Origin: Felis catus
Lineage: Eukaryota
Assembly: GCF_018350175.1 (NCBI RefSeq)
Contig: NC_058368.1
Coordinates: forward strand, 233,990,001 to 234,054,000
Reading direction: 5' to 3'
Length of the DNA: 64,000 nucleotides
Below are positions 1 through 12,280 of this stretch, piece by piece (the first letter of the stretch is position 1; each line of letters opens with the position of its first letter). Both the position numbers and the translations under genes were made by a program. The notes beneath the pieces were generated by a model. The model ran no database searches and had not been told where the DNA came from. It was given only the letters and a program-made list of their open reading frames with translations.

Positions 1-805
1 GTTATAATTCCAGATGAGTAGTTTGCACATGTCCCGGATGCACAGAGGTAGGAATGTTCTTTACCTTCCCAGCAGGGAAGTCTGTGACATTCTTTCCAGA
101 GACTCTATTCACCAAGTGTATTCAGTGTAAGGTTATCCTGGATCTACCAGAGACCATAACTCCTCTTTCCTCCTGGATGTGGGGGGTGAAGTGTCCCAGT
201 GGTCCCCAGGGACCTTCTGGGGGAACATCACTGTACCATGACACTAATGTGCATTCCCCCACTAGGAAACGGACTCCGAACAAACAATGTTCTCTGTTCT
301 ACATCGAGTTCCCACTTTCCTTATGCGTAACAGATGTGTTTCCTTGTGCATTCTTCCTGGGATGTGGCACCTGAAATTTCTTATCACTGGCCTGGTTTTC
401 TAAATGGGCTTTCCAGAGTGTTTCCCTTAAAAGGGGTGTTTTGCTAATTTGAGATTACATAATAGAAATGGAAATGTGTATAATTCCTTGTCATTTGTGA
501 TAGAAATTGGCATTATGATGAGCCACACTATGGATGCTGAAAGGTCCTTCTCCCAAAGACACATGGTTCCAGAATAAGACTTCCAGGCCTTTTCCAAATT
601 TTATATAGAGATCCACTGAATTCTATAGCTTTTTCTAAGTTTTTGTAGAAGGAAATATAGGTACTTTAATAAAATTCTTAGCTAATTCCTTTATGTATTT
701 GCTTTGAACTACTTGTTTTTGTGGGCCATCTTGAAAAGAGTCTAAAGATTACCATTGACTTTTCTTTTTTTTTTTACCATTGACTTTTCGTTAAAAAGAT
801 TATTT

Positions 806-1000
806 TAATAGCACCAATACCGTGTGATATCCATTAAGTGCTAAAATGTACCAAACATTAAGGGCCTTATATATATTAACCTACTCAATCCTTTCAGCAA
901 TCCTCTGAAGTGGGCACTCTTATCTTCAGCACTTTACAGCAGGGGAAACTGAGGCCAAGATAGGTCGGGTAATTATTTACCCAGAGTCACAGAGCCAATG
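806..1000 (-). mobile_element. MIR SINE fragment
   Basis: Reverse-complement MIR core: tttacagcaggggaaactgaggc...tacccagagtcacagagc. Confidence 0.7.
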
Positions 1001-2189
1001 AAAGACCAGCTGTAAACTGTGTTATCTGTTCTTATTTTCTCTGAACACATTTTGCCACCTCTAAAACTAAGTCATATGGAGACCTTTCCTGAGAAAGAAC
1101 TTCCAGTATATTAGTAGGTAGCGTATCATTTAATTATTTTTCATCATAGGCCACCAATCCTACTTCTAAGTGGCTTTAATGTAATGAAGAGTCTGTCTCC
1201 ACTTGTGATGTGTGAGCACTGACTTCTTCCTAGGCATCACCCTACTTTCCTCTTTGGTCCACGTCTGGACAGACTGAAAGCAAAGCTCAAATATGCGTTT
1301 GACCCTTGGCGCTGGTGGGAGATACAAATCTCCTGCACCTGGGGACTTTCCCAGTGGACCCCCAGCCACCATCAAGATCAACCTCTCCTTCCCCTCTGTC
1401 CAAGCCAGCCCATACCTGCTTGTGTCTTTCCAGACACTTTCCCCACATTCTCTTGATGTGTAGAGTCTCAGGAGTCTCAACACCCAAATCAAATTTTGGG
1501 TGAAGGGTCCATCTGTTCTCTGTGGAATTACCACAAAGCATTTAAAGAATTTTGGTTTGGCCTAAATTTTATGTCTTTATTAGTCCCATCATTTTACAAT
1601 TATGCAAAAAAGAATGAACTAAGGCAGATTAAGGTAAGACATGTAAAGTGTCCCTATCCCAAGATTGCTCATTATTATAGTGTTCTACAAACTATTTGTG
1701 ATTTTTTTTCAAACCCTAGGTCCCTATACATCCCTCAATCTCTTTATTATGTTTTCATCTGCTCACTGAAGTGTGATCCTGGTGTGAAGGCAAGGCTTAC
1801 ATGGTAACCATGGCCCACCTTGCCTTACGTGGCTGTTCTCTGCCACCAGAAGGCCAAAGCTCACAGGCTGAAGGATGGCAGGGCAATGAAGGAGGAATCT
1901 GGTCCCCAAACTCACTACTTCATGAAACACAGCCCACCTTGGACTCTCAACCTGCCCCCAGGACCAGCTGAGTCACCTCTGGATGGCCACTGGTGTCCAA
2001 CACGTAGAAACTATCCAACTTTGTTCTTCCTCTTGGCTGCCCACCTTGTTAATAGTGTTTATTACCCACTTTGTGGCTCAGGACAAAAATGGGAGAACTT
2101 GTCTTTGATTCATGACCTGCATTTGGTCAAATTACCTACCAATCCATGTCACTATCATGTCATGCCTTGATGCCCCGTTGGTCCCCTAC

Positions 2190-2345
2190 CTGGTCTCCAC
2201 TTTTTCTTGCCACCCCATCCTCATATTCATTCTCCAGTTAGAAGCCAGAGGAATCTTTCTAAAATAGTATAAGTCCAATAACCTCTCCCCTGATAAGACC
2301 GTCTGATAACTTAGGGTTTTACTTTAAATACATCCAGATGCCTTA
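2190..2345 (+). mobile_element. L2 LINE fragment
   Basis: cattctcc...agccagaggaatctttctaaaat resembles the L2 3' region; highly diverged. Confidence 0.45.
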
Positions 2346-2476
2346 TCCTACTTATATTGGCATGAATTTTTTGATATGCCAGAATTGTGTGCAGAGAGGA
2401 TTAATTATAGCTAAAAGTGTTATAAGTCAAGATCCAAATAACTAAGGATGATACATTTTAAAAATCAGTTTTCCTT

Positions 2477-2688
2477 GGGGCGCCTGGGTGGCGCAGTCGG
2501 TTAAGCGTCCGACTTCAGCCAGGTCACGATCTCGCGGTCCGTGAGTTCGAGCCCCGCGTCGGGCTCTGGGCTGATGGCTCGGAGCCTGGAGCCTGTTCCG
2601 ATTCTGTGTCTCCCTCTCTCTCTGCCCCTCCCCTGTTCATGCTCTGTCTCTCTCTGTCCCAAAAATAAATTTAAAAAAACGTTGAAAA
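2477..2688 (+). mobile_element. Young SINEC_Fc (felid Can-SINE)
   Basis: ggggcgcctgggtggcgcagtcggttaagcgtccgacttcagcc head, (CT)n, A-tail; perfect TSD aaaaatcagttttcctt at 2460-2476 and 2689-2705. Confidence 0.97.
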
Positions 2689-3003
2689 AAAAATCAGTTT
2701 TCCTTGATCTCTTAAGTTCCAATTGTAAATCTGATTAATACATCTAACAAAATAAAAACAATTGCCTTCTGATTCTGATCATTATTATGATTATGATTGT
2801 TAGACTAGCTCAAGTCTTGACTGGACTAAACTCCCTCAAATGATTTGTCATTTATGAACTTATTTAATTGAATTTCTTTAAAAATTTTAACTGCATTTAT
2901 AAAATTAATGATCTCTAGTCACTGTAAGTATTTCTAATAACTAGGCAAGTTTAAGACCATATAAGTAAACTGTCCAAGCATGAACTCCCATGTCCCATGA
3001 ACA

Positions 3004-3228
3004 CTGGGGACAGCAAACTTTGGCCGACAGCCCATGCCCTCAACTACCTGTTTCTGTAAATAAAATTTCACTGGAACACTAACACACCCTTTTTGTTTTA
3101 TCCATTATCAGCGGAGGCTTTCAAGGAACAGGTGACGCAGCTGAGTAGTTACAACAGAAACCATAGGACTCACAAAGTGTCAAATACTTACTATCTGGTC
3201 CTTTACAGAACACATTTGCCGACCCCTG
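3004..3228 (+). mobile_element. MER58A-like hAT-Charlie MITE
   Basis: TIR-like ends ctggggacagcaaac...tttgccgacccctg; internal cctgtttctgtaaataaa and tactatctggtcctttacagaa match MER58A. Confidence 0.85.
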
Positions 3229-3726
3229 ATCTAAGATACTAAAATGATGCAGATAGCAAATCTCAAATGGTCCTAAGTCAACTTACACTCTAAAAACTAA
3301 ATCAAATTCTCTTGACATTGTTCAACTTAAAACGACAAGTCTAACACTTTGGCACGTTAATCTTTCGCCAATATTTTATTCTACAACTTTTCAGACATAC
3401 GCGAAATGTGAAGAATTGTACAGCACTGGACCCCCTGCTCCTACATTTAACATTTTGCTATATTTGTTTTACTACATTTCTAGCCGTCCATCTTTTTTTC
3501 CCTCCGCCATTGGTTCTCTCTTTTTTCTCTTTTGATGTATTTCTAAGTTACAGATTAGTAAAGTTCACCACTCAAAACTTCAGACATGGTGTCCTTAACT
3601 AGAGTTTACTACCTCTTACAGTTCTTCTTCCTTTTATTTTAATTTGCATATCAAAATGCACATATGTAAAATACATCATCGGAAGAGATCTGACAAATGT
3701 GCATCTATTAATTTGGAGGAGCTCGT

Positions 3727-4010
3727 TTTTTTAATTAAATGTATTTATAAATTTAAATTTAGTAATATTTACTCTTCTGGCATACAGTGTTACCATCTTT
3801 TAAGCACATAGAGCCTGTGTAGATGCCATCAGAATCAAGATACAGTGTAGTGCCATCACCCCACGTTTCTCTTGCACCATTCCTTTGAATCAACCCTTTC
3901 TGGCTCCCAGCCTTTGCCAAGCACTGGTCTTGTTTCAGGGATTTTTGTTACTGTCTGATCTCCGTCTTCATAGCTTAGTCTCTTTCAGAATGTCATGTGC
4001 ATGGAAGGAC
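3727..4010 (-). mobile_element. Old L1 (L1MC/L1ME-like) 3' end fragment
   Basis: atcaagatacag...ccatcacccc...cagaatgtcat pattern typical of antisense old L1 3'UTR. Confidence 0.55.
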
Positions 4011-4034
4011 CTATCCGACTTTGATCACTATCTA

Positions 4035-4240
4035 GAGAGGCAGTGTTGGGCAATGGTGAGCTCCAGAGTCTAGCATCAGATCAAAGCTCTGTTAATCATG
4101 TGACCTTGGGTCGTTCCTTTTCCTCTTCCACGGCTCAATATCTTCATCTGCAAAGTGGAGATAATAACAGAACCTGCCCTCGCAGGCTTTTCTCAGATAA
4201 CAAATAAAAGGTCTGGGAAGAACACTAAGTGCCACAGAAA
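4035..4240 (+). mobile_element. MIR SINE
   Basis: tgtgaccttggg...cttcatctgcaaagtggagataataacagaacct MIR core. Confidence 0.75.
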
Positions 4241-4959
4241 TCTTGGACATCGTCGTTATCATCGAACCATACTGTTCTGTTTTCTAAAATGCCAAATTTC
4301 TTGGGAACATTTCCTATCTTTGGAATAGCGCATATATATAAACTATTTACAAATTTAGCACACAATACGGATATGGGGTTTATTTGTTTCCTCATCTATG
4401 CATTTCATTGGAAACCCTTCTGAGATAAGAAGGACACTTCCCTGCTAAGGGGAAATGCTTTTATCATGTCAAGGGGTCTGAGACCCCAATAGGATGGTCA
4501 TATCTGGAGAGCCAAGGGGACTTCTAGGCCTTGATTTTGAAGCTGAGAAGTAGAACACAGGATGCTGTCCATCCTGAGCCATGCTTCTGTACCACTGATG
4601 GGCACTCTGAACCCACTTTATAATCTTCACGACAACATGGTTCCTGTAGGGGAATTTGATGGGGTTCGATTTCTCTCGGGTTAAAGTGACTCCCTGATGT
4701 AATTCTTCTGTAACGTCTTTTAATCTGATCACCTAAGCTGGATAGTATTTCATCAGCAATATCACCACCCTTGATTATAGATGGCTTCCTTCATTGAATC
4801 TCCTTACCGTCTGGTGGAATCCTGTACGTACCTACCGTTCTCACAGATGTTCTAACTGTCTGGTTAGGTTCTGAGTGTTTCCAAGTCCTGAATGTTCCAG
4901 CCTCTCCCACTTACCTGGCTTCATCACCTTTTGCCAATGACTCTCCTTCAGTACCTTCC

Positions 4960-5360
4960 TGGGCCACCGTTTCTGTAACAAACCAGCTAGTTCCTAACAC
5001 CAGGCTCCATATCTTCAGGCCATTGGTTCCACCTGGGATGCTGTCCTAGATCTGTGTTCAAATGAGTGGTTTCTTCTCTTCACCGATACCACCTCTTCAG
5101 AGAGGACTATACTGACCTTGCCAAAAAAAAACAAAACAAAAAAAAAAACCAACCCCTCAGTCATGCTGTATTGTGGCCCATTCTTCTTTTCCTTTTGGAT
5201 TTTATACTTATTTCCTATGTTTCTCTCTTCTTTGCACTATATCGGTGAAGGGCAAGTCTGCATCATTCATTGCTTCATCTCCAGAACCTACAACAATGCA
5301 TGGAACAGAATAGGTGGCACAGGGAATACTCAGCGAACAAGTGAACAAATGAATGAGTTG
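4960..5360 (+). mobile_element. L2 LINE 3' end
   Basis: cacctcttcagagagg...atctccagaacctacaacaatgcatggaacagaataggtg...aatgaatga terminus. Confidence 0.6.
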
Positions 5361-7250
5361 ATGATCTGCTTTGCTTTGGTTTTCTTGCTGTTGTTGTTGT
5401 TTTGAATTTTTTTGATGGAGCGGTGGTGCAATATTTACTATTGCTAACATTTCTCAGGAAAAAAAGATCTATTTGAACCGTGTCTATTTAATGCCCCTGA
5501 AATGTAGGGAAAGTATCTGCTTTGGTAATGTGATTATCTCCTTGCCCAAACTGATCTCAAACAAGGGGGATTCTGTCTTTGAGACAGCTGAAGCCCAGAT
5601 TCTTATCTGGGCTCCACCCCCTTGTTTGGTTTGCCTAGAAGGCACCCTTAGTCCCATTAGGTAAAAGGCTTTGAAATGAAGGAGAACCAGGTAAAACTAA
5701 CCACAGGGCATTCTGTGCAGACAACTGAAACTTGAAAGGTTAGTGATGGCAGTTAAAACATTAAGAGGCTCCAAGAAACGTTAATAAGATGACCCAACAG
5801 AGATGTGCACAGCCAGCCATAAGCTAACAGCCTCAGAGCCTGTTAGCTTTTGTGGGAAAGAGCAGTCAGAATGTAAAACATTCAATCAATGGACTATAAA
5901 TGCAGCTGAAAGCTAACAGAAAAGAGTAGAAAAACAAAAAGGAAAAAGTAGCAGCTGAAGTCAAGAATATGGATACCGATTATCGGTCTGAAAGGCATGT
6001 GAGCGTGTTTTTAAAGAACTTTGAAGTCACGTCTCCCATAAGAGAATTTCAAATTCTAAGACGAACGAAATTTGAAATGCTGGTTGTATTCGTCATTCTG
6101 CATTTCCATTTGGTTATCAGATATCCTCAGGGAAATAACGACCAGCTGTATCCAGCACTCGTGTTGGTGAGGTAATGTGTTTGTGATTTTAGGCGATATT
6201 AATTTAGCATTATTTGAGGGTAGATTGTCCCCAGCTGCCTAGGGATAATGCACAGTGCAGCTGAACCTGTGAACAAATGTGGCACCGTTATTTCAAGGGT
6301 GCCGTGTTGGGGACGGAAGGATAGGCACCGCCCACTATTTGAATTGTGAGAGTAATTACAACCCCCGCCCCCCTTCCTGCTCCAGAAAAGCACTACATTC
6401 AAAGGCTTCGTACAGGTTTGCATTCCTCAGCACTAACCGCAGCTCAGGAAAGAATTCAAACATCCCAGGAGGAGTGAGTGCATCAAAGGCAGGCACTACC
6501 CTAGTCGTTGCATCGCCGGATCACAAAACTAAATCAGAGTATAAAAGAATTTCGTATTATAAACTAAAGGAAAAACCACAGTAAAATCACCATAGGATTA
6601 ATTCCTATTAGCAATAGGCTTATGACCAAAACGTCCTTGCTGTGAACATCTTCAGAGTGAAATGGAAAACTGGAGGCCTGTGTGAAGAATCCCAAGATGT
6701 CACACAAGAATTTACTGTCCTGGAAAAGTTTGGAAGTCTGTTTTAACTTATTTTATCGATGTGTAAATTCTCTCTCAATTTAAACATGCACCCCAAACAT
6801 ATATCCTTGGGCAACAGAATGGAAAGCTGATAATTTGCAGATAAAAATGCACACTTGGAAGAAAATCTAGGCATCAGGCTGGGTGAGCTTGAACCACCTT
6901 CGGGGTGAAGGACGTATGTGGCCCGACAAACTTCCCTTCTGTTCACCAACATATGCCGAAACTGGCCTGGAGCGTGCCACAGCAAGGAAGGAGAACAAAG
7001 ATTTTTTTTGCTCCAGACCACAACGGTTGGAGCAGAGGGGTGGAGTCTCATGTGTTAATGACGGTAACAGCAAAGTATTAAGCTGAATCCATTCTCGCTT
7101 CTAAATTCGTAGTCCTCAGGCCCAACTGCGGCCATGAGATGCAAGTATGAGGATATCACAATTTTCTTTGAAAATTTAGGGCTCAGAACGCACCAGGCCT
7201 TCCTCCTCCCGTGTCATAAAGACGGAGGCTGGGTTCCTGGGCCTGTTTTC

Positions 7251-7460
7251 TTTTTTTAATGTGTATTTATTTTTGAGAGAGAAAGAGGAAGAGAGAGAGA
7301 GAGGGAGGGGCAGAGACAGAGGGAGACACAGAATCGGAAGCAGGCTCTAGGCTCTGAACTGTCTGCAGAGAGCCCGACACGGGGCTCGAACCCACGGACC
7401 GTGAGATCGTGACCTGTGTCGAAGTCGGAGGCTTAACCGACTGAGCCACCCAGGCGCCTC
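7251..7460 (-). mobile_element. SINEC (Fc2-like)
   Basis: T-tail, (GA)n, cagaatcggaagcaggctc...ctgagccacccaggcgcc. Confidence 0.93.
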
Positions 7461-7685
7461 CCCCCCCGGATTTGTTCTCAAAGTTTAAGTAGAACTGTAG
7501 TTGTATCAGTTGCGTTATTAACTTAGCTCTACATTCCGTTTTGCTCCCTACTTATGTGTCATGTACCTCTTACCCTCATGCTCGATCAGTCCTTAACTTT
7601 GCCTTTTTCACCACTACTCCCTGTTCACACACTGATTGTAGAAGCCTAATGGGAACCAAACCATAATGTTTGTCTTGAAGCCATC

Positions 7686-8204
7686 TGTGGGACCTGATGG
7701 TGCCAGGCCCCAAATGGTGCCTCATTGTCCAGAAGAGTGCATACCTCCAGATTATTTTAAGGTCTTCCTGCCTGCAGGTTTGTTTTTTTTTTTCAATTTT
7801 TATTTATATATTTTGAAGGGGAGGAGGGGCAGAGAGAGAATCCCAAGCAGGATCCCTGCTGTCAGTGCAGAGCCTGATGCAGGGCTCGATCTCAATGACC
7901 ATGAGATCATGACCTGAGCCAAAATCAAGAGTCGGACGCTCAACCAACTGAGCTTCCCAGGAGCCCCTTTCCTGAAGGTTTTAAGAAACCCCTCACTCTC
8001 CTCTCACGTATCCACCTCTTTCCCCAAATACATACGAGCTGTCCCTAGGCTCAACAGGGCAAGGCAGCTTTGGGAATGATCCCCAGCTTTCTCCCTGGGC
8101 TACCCTTCTGATAATAAAGCTTTCCGTGCCTCAACACCAGCGTCTCAGTCACTGGCTTGAGACACAGCAGGGACCGGACTCGGGTCTCCTCACCCCTGAT
8201 GACA
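7686..8204 (+). mobile_element. ERV1-like solo LTR interrupted by a SINE
   Basis: TG...CA ends, gctttgggaatgatccccag U3/R-like motif, AATAAA at 8113-8118; flanks ccatc/aaatc only partly match, so boundaries are approximate. Confidence 0.55.
7783..7967 (-). mobile_element. Older SINEC nested in the LTR
   Basis: gagaatcccaagcagg...aatcaagagtcggacgctcaaccaactgagc; degenerate TSD cctgcaggttt/cctgaaggttt. Confidence 0.9.
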
Positions 8205-8266
8205 AAATCCAGCGTTCTTTGACAGCTGAAGCCCGGTGCCCCCTTGAGTAGCCTGTCTTGCAAGAA

Positions 8267-8720
8267 TGTGGAAGCAGGATGCTTACCGAAGGAGGGGTTC
8301 GACTACAAAGACTGGCAGAGACCCAAACAAACCAGTCTGTGCCAAGGTGGACCCCGGTGCTGACTCTTTGATGACCATCCCCCTCATTATAATACTAAAA
8401 ATCAGGCCCATGGGTGGACATTTTACATGCTAATGAGACATGTGATGTATGAAGAAGCATGTTCTGGCCCTTATGCCTGTGCACCCAACTTTCTGCGTCT
8501 CTCCCCACCTCTCCATGCTTGGATTTCACTCCTTTCCCACCTCAGTCTTTTTTAAAACGTTCCCAGCCTTTGCTCAGAGGGCCAACAGGAAGGACCCTCT
8601 TCTTTGTGCTGTCTCTCTTGTGCTTGAGCAAAAGCCCCAGTAAAACCCTTGCCTGAGAATTCCCATCTGGCTCCAGCCAACACCTATTGCTTGGAGAGCC
8701 GAGGACCTGAGCCGGTAACA
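8267..8720 (+). mobile_element. ERV1-like solo LTR
   Basis: Ends in ccggtaaca (typical LTR U5 end); AGTAAA poly(A)-like signal near 8640; 5' boundary uncertain. Confidence 0.55.
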
Positions 8721-9221
8721 GACACACTGATGCATGTCAGGTGCACGGGCAGGTCTGAGTTCTGGAACATCACCCGGGCATTTTGCTCCCGTTCGTGCAA
8801 AGGCAGCTGCCATGCTGAGGTTTGGTCAGTGGGGTCGGTGTCGCTTTCCTTCTCTACTCCGTGAGTTCCACAGAGGCCGGCAGGGGCTTCATTCCCTGTT
8901 GCCCCCAGCACGGTGCTCAGAACCCAAGAGATTCTTTGTTGAACCAATAGATAGGAACAAGCTGTTTATTTTGCAATAAAATGCTCGTGGGCCCGATGGA
9001 CAAAGAATTTTAAAAGTTCGATCACAGCAGGAGGAGGAGCAGACATTCAGAAGATATTGGAAAAGCATGAATGACCTCATTCGGAGTTTCCTAGAGGCGG
9101 TAATAGGTATCACGGGCCCTGTGGATGGTGAAACATCACTAGCATGCATCTGATCTGCGGGTATTATTTCTTCAGGCCTTTGAAGACCTTCATCTGCCCA
9201 GACAATGATCTCATAGCCAGC

Positions 9222-10096
9222 GGGGTTGGGGGATTTGGGGGGGGGGGGGGTGAGGCGGGCAGGCCAGGGAAGGCAACAGGAACACTGGCTTGCGTGGTCT
9301 CAAGAAAAGTAATAATGATGAGGCATCGGATTTTCCATAAAAGTGGGGGCGAGGAGAGGCGGGAGGGAGGATTGGGGCAATGAATGTAGGTAGGTGGGTA
9401 GGTAGAAGTACCTACCTCTTGCAGGAGGGGTACAAATTGGGGGTTGGGGGAGGGGGGCGGGGGGTGAGCAGCTGCAAGACGACTGAATCCTGCCGGAGCC
9501 CCCTGCTACGCTCCTCAAGCAAACCTGAGACCTGGAGCATCCGTCTCCGCAGAATTATAAAATAGCTGTTGCTCTGTGTTTGCACCTTCATCCAGGAGAG
9601 CGGGCATATCACCTGCCCTGTGCACACGCCGCTCAACCGAACCCCCGCGTGCCATTCTTCTTAGTTGTACGTCTGTTTTCTTGGAAAACAGCGCTAAATG
9701 CTGCCATGTTTTCGTAACTGGGTCTCATGAAATCTGAACGACGACACCTTCACGAGAGCTCAGCCGAGAGAAAGCGGGAACGGTACGTTAAAGAGGGCTA
9801 CTGTCGCAAAAAACAGTTGCCGAGGGAATCTTCTCCGCGAGGCCTTACTAGCAAAGTAAGCTGTCTGTGAACCCACCGGTCCGTGCTTGCCGTTTCAGTC
9901 TGGAAGTTTATGGATTCTTAGAAAGAAACATTTTCGTTCACTTTGTGTTTAATAAACAGAATTTCTGAGAACCTTAAACTTTTCTCCTGCCGTCACACGC
10001 AAACGCCCTGTTCTTCAACGTGATGCTTTGTACCTGCTGCTCTCTCTTGCTCAGATGAATTCCCGCAGATTTTGACATCGTAACGTTTTCTCAGAA
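9222..10096. promoter_or_regulatory. Candidate promoter/enhancer with G4 tracts, TATA-like box and four GAS motifs
   Basis: Non-repeat, locally CpG-retaining; G-tracts 9222-9250 and 9439-9464; TATAAAA 9556-9562; TTCYNRGAA at 9678, 9915, 9963, 10088. Confidence 0.4.
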
Positions 10097-12228
10097 TTGA
10101 GGAATTATTGCTTATGCCGTCTACTTCGAGAGACCCTTCTTGGTGTCTCTAAGTAAAAGAGCCCTCGACACCCCCACCCCCACCATCCGGTGATCTGTTG
10201 GATCTTCCTCAGAGCATCTGCTCATTAGTGTGAACGTCTACTCCTCTGTTTTCTGCCTCCTGGACAGAAAAGCAGCTCCCGGGAGGGCAGGTGTGCCTGT
10301 CTTGCTCATGGCTGAGTCCTTTGTGCGGGCACAGAAGGAGATGCTCCGTGTATTTAGGGGAAAAGGAGGAGATACTTACCCTTCCAAGTTCTCATGGTCC
10401 CAGAGAACGTCCAGGATGAAGAGACGGAAATGCTTTGCGGAGACTCCCAGGCATTCCTCAGGTGTTTGCAGGCATGGCTACCCATCCCCCTCGTTTCTGG
10501 GGCAAAGTCTAGTTCCAGGGACAATAATGACACAAGGAAGGTTGATTTCATTATGAGCAATGCAAACACAGCCGACTTTGAGGTTCTCAGAGCAGCTTAT
10601 GATGGTTCTTTGAAATCTGCCCTCCCACCACGGGGCACTGTGCAGACAGAGCGCTTTGCACACATGAGGTGCCCTGTAGTTGAACAGAAATGGGGTGATG
10701 AAGGGTCTATGGAGCTGGTCAGAGTCACCTCTCACTTTGTCCCACTCTTCTAAAACCTTAAGACAAAATGGAGAAATCCAAAGTACGTTAATCACAAAAT
10801 AACTGTTCCTGGAGTGATAAAGTCCACAGGAGAACATTCAAAAGTGGTTCTTTGCTGAGACTGACCTTAATTTCCAGGATTGGCCTTCAGGAAAGGGAAC
10901 CAACAGGATCATCAAGACGGAGTCCCTTGTCTCATCAGTTCTCCAAGAGGTAAATATTAGAAGCATTAGCAAAATCAAATAGATGTAATATGGCCAAGGG
11001 GTGTCTTGATTTCTGTTTCCACCAAAGGTAATGGAATTGACCCTAGATTCTCTGGAATAAGAGGCAGCCTCAAGCAAATCCCATGCTCCATATCACTCAA
11101 CACTCCTCACCGGTGCTTCCATTAAAGTCCTATTCTTGGCAGTGTCACAAGGGAGCGTTCGCTATAGGTGTTGGCGAACCTGAAACAGCAAGGGGGAGAT
11201 GATTTCACTTCTCTGCTCTGAGTTGACCTGTTGCCCAGCTGGGGCAATGATCGCATTCCCTATGACTGCTGAGAAGGTGGCTCCCCTGCTGAGCTGAAAA
11301 AAAAACACAGGCCAGGACTTACCTTCTGCCACGGACTTTCTGTGTTTTGCTTATAAATTATTTATTGCTTAAACTTCTTCATAATTATCCCCCAAAAGCC
11401 ATAAGTTATTCTTACTCCTTTTCCTCTTCTCTATTCCCTTGGCTAGTATTTTCTCTTACTGAAATTATTCTTAGCTGTCAAGCGGATATGTTGTTTTCAA
11501 AAAAGAAAGTAAAAGAAGAAAGCAACATTGGAAGAAGGAAAGCAGTGTCTTTTTTTTTTTTAAAGAAAGGAATGCCAAAGAAAAGAGAAAAAAACCTTGA
11601 ACCAAACCCGTCGGCACAGTTTACACAAGAGATTACATCATACTTTAATGAAGATCCTTTTCTATAAATGAAATCACTTGGCCAGGACCATTTCCCCAAA
11701 TATGCAGAAAATGTACTCAATGGGACTGCCAACATAATACTGTAATGGGTATTTCTGGGATGTAGTCTAGCATTGTTATAAAAATAGGACAATGTTTAAA
11801 ACAAGGCTGTATAATTGTGGACACAAACAAAAAACACCTCCCAAGACAACATGAAAAGGAATAAAAGACTGGTTTTCCCCACTACCGGGAAGCGGAGGGA
11901 GCGGCCAAGTGCTCCCTATAAAGTTCCTGTGGACTTGCTGTCTTTCCAGCTGAATGACCAGTGGCTGCCTCAGGAATATGTCAGGAAAGTGGTCGGGTAT
12001 CGCAGGACGGATATTCTGCAGTTTGCAGCCTGTGTCGAAGGGAGGGAGAACACTATTTCTGTGACCAGAAGTTAGGCAGATGAGACATTTAGTATTTTTG
12101 CTGGTTTAGCACACTTTCTGCATCTCAGGTGGTGGGACCTGCTTGTTCTTTGAGGCTAGTCAAGCCGGTCTACACACGATGCTGTGGCTGTGAGGTCTGG
12201 GGGAGTCTCCTTTCGGGAAGACTATAGT

Positions 12229-12280
12229 TTTTAAGGTACACCCAGGTTTTAAGGTACACCCAGGTTTTAAGGTTTTAAGG
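12229..12280. repeat. Short tandem duplication: 18-bp unit x2 plus two further 8-bp ttttaagg units
   Basis: ttttaaggtacacccagg ttttaaggtacacccagg ttttaagg ttttaagg. Confidence 0.9.

Noticed and set aside
5489..5498. taatgcccct matching the 5' end of miR-365
   Set aside because: The match stops after 10 nt and no pre-miRNA hairpin is evident
5821..5849. 10-bp inverted repeat aagctaacag...ctgttagctt followed by Ts (terminator-like)
   Set aside because: Eukaryotic DNA; a single short stem is not surprising in 64 kb
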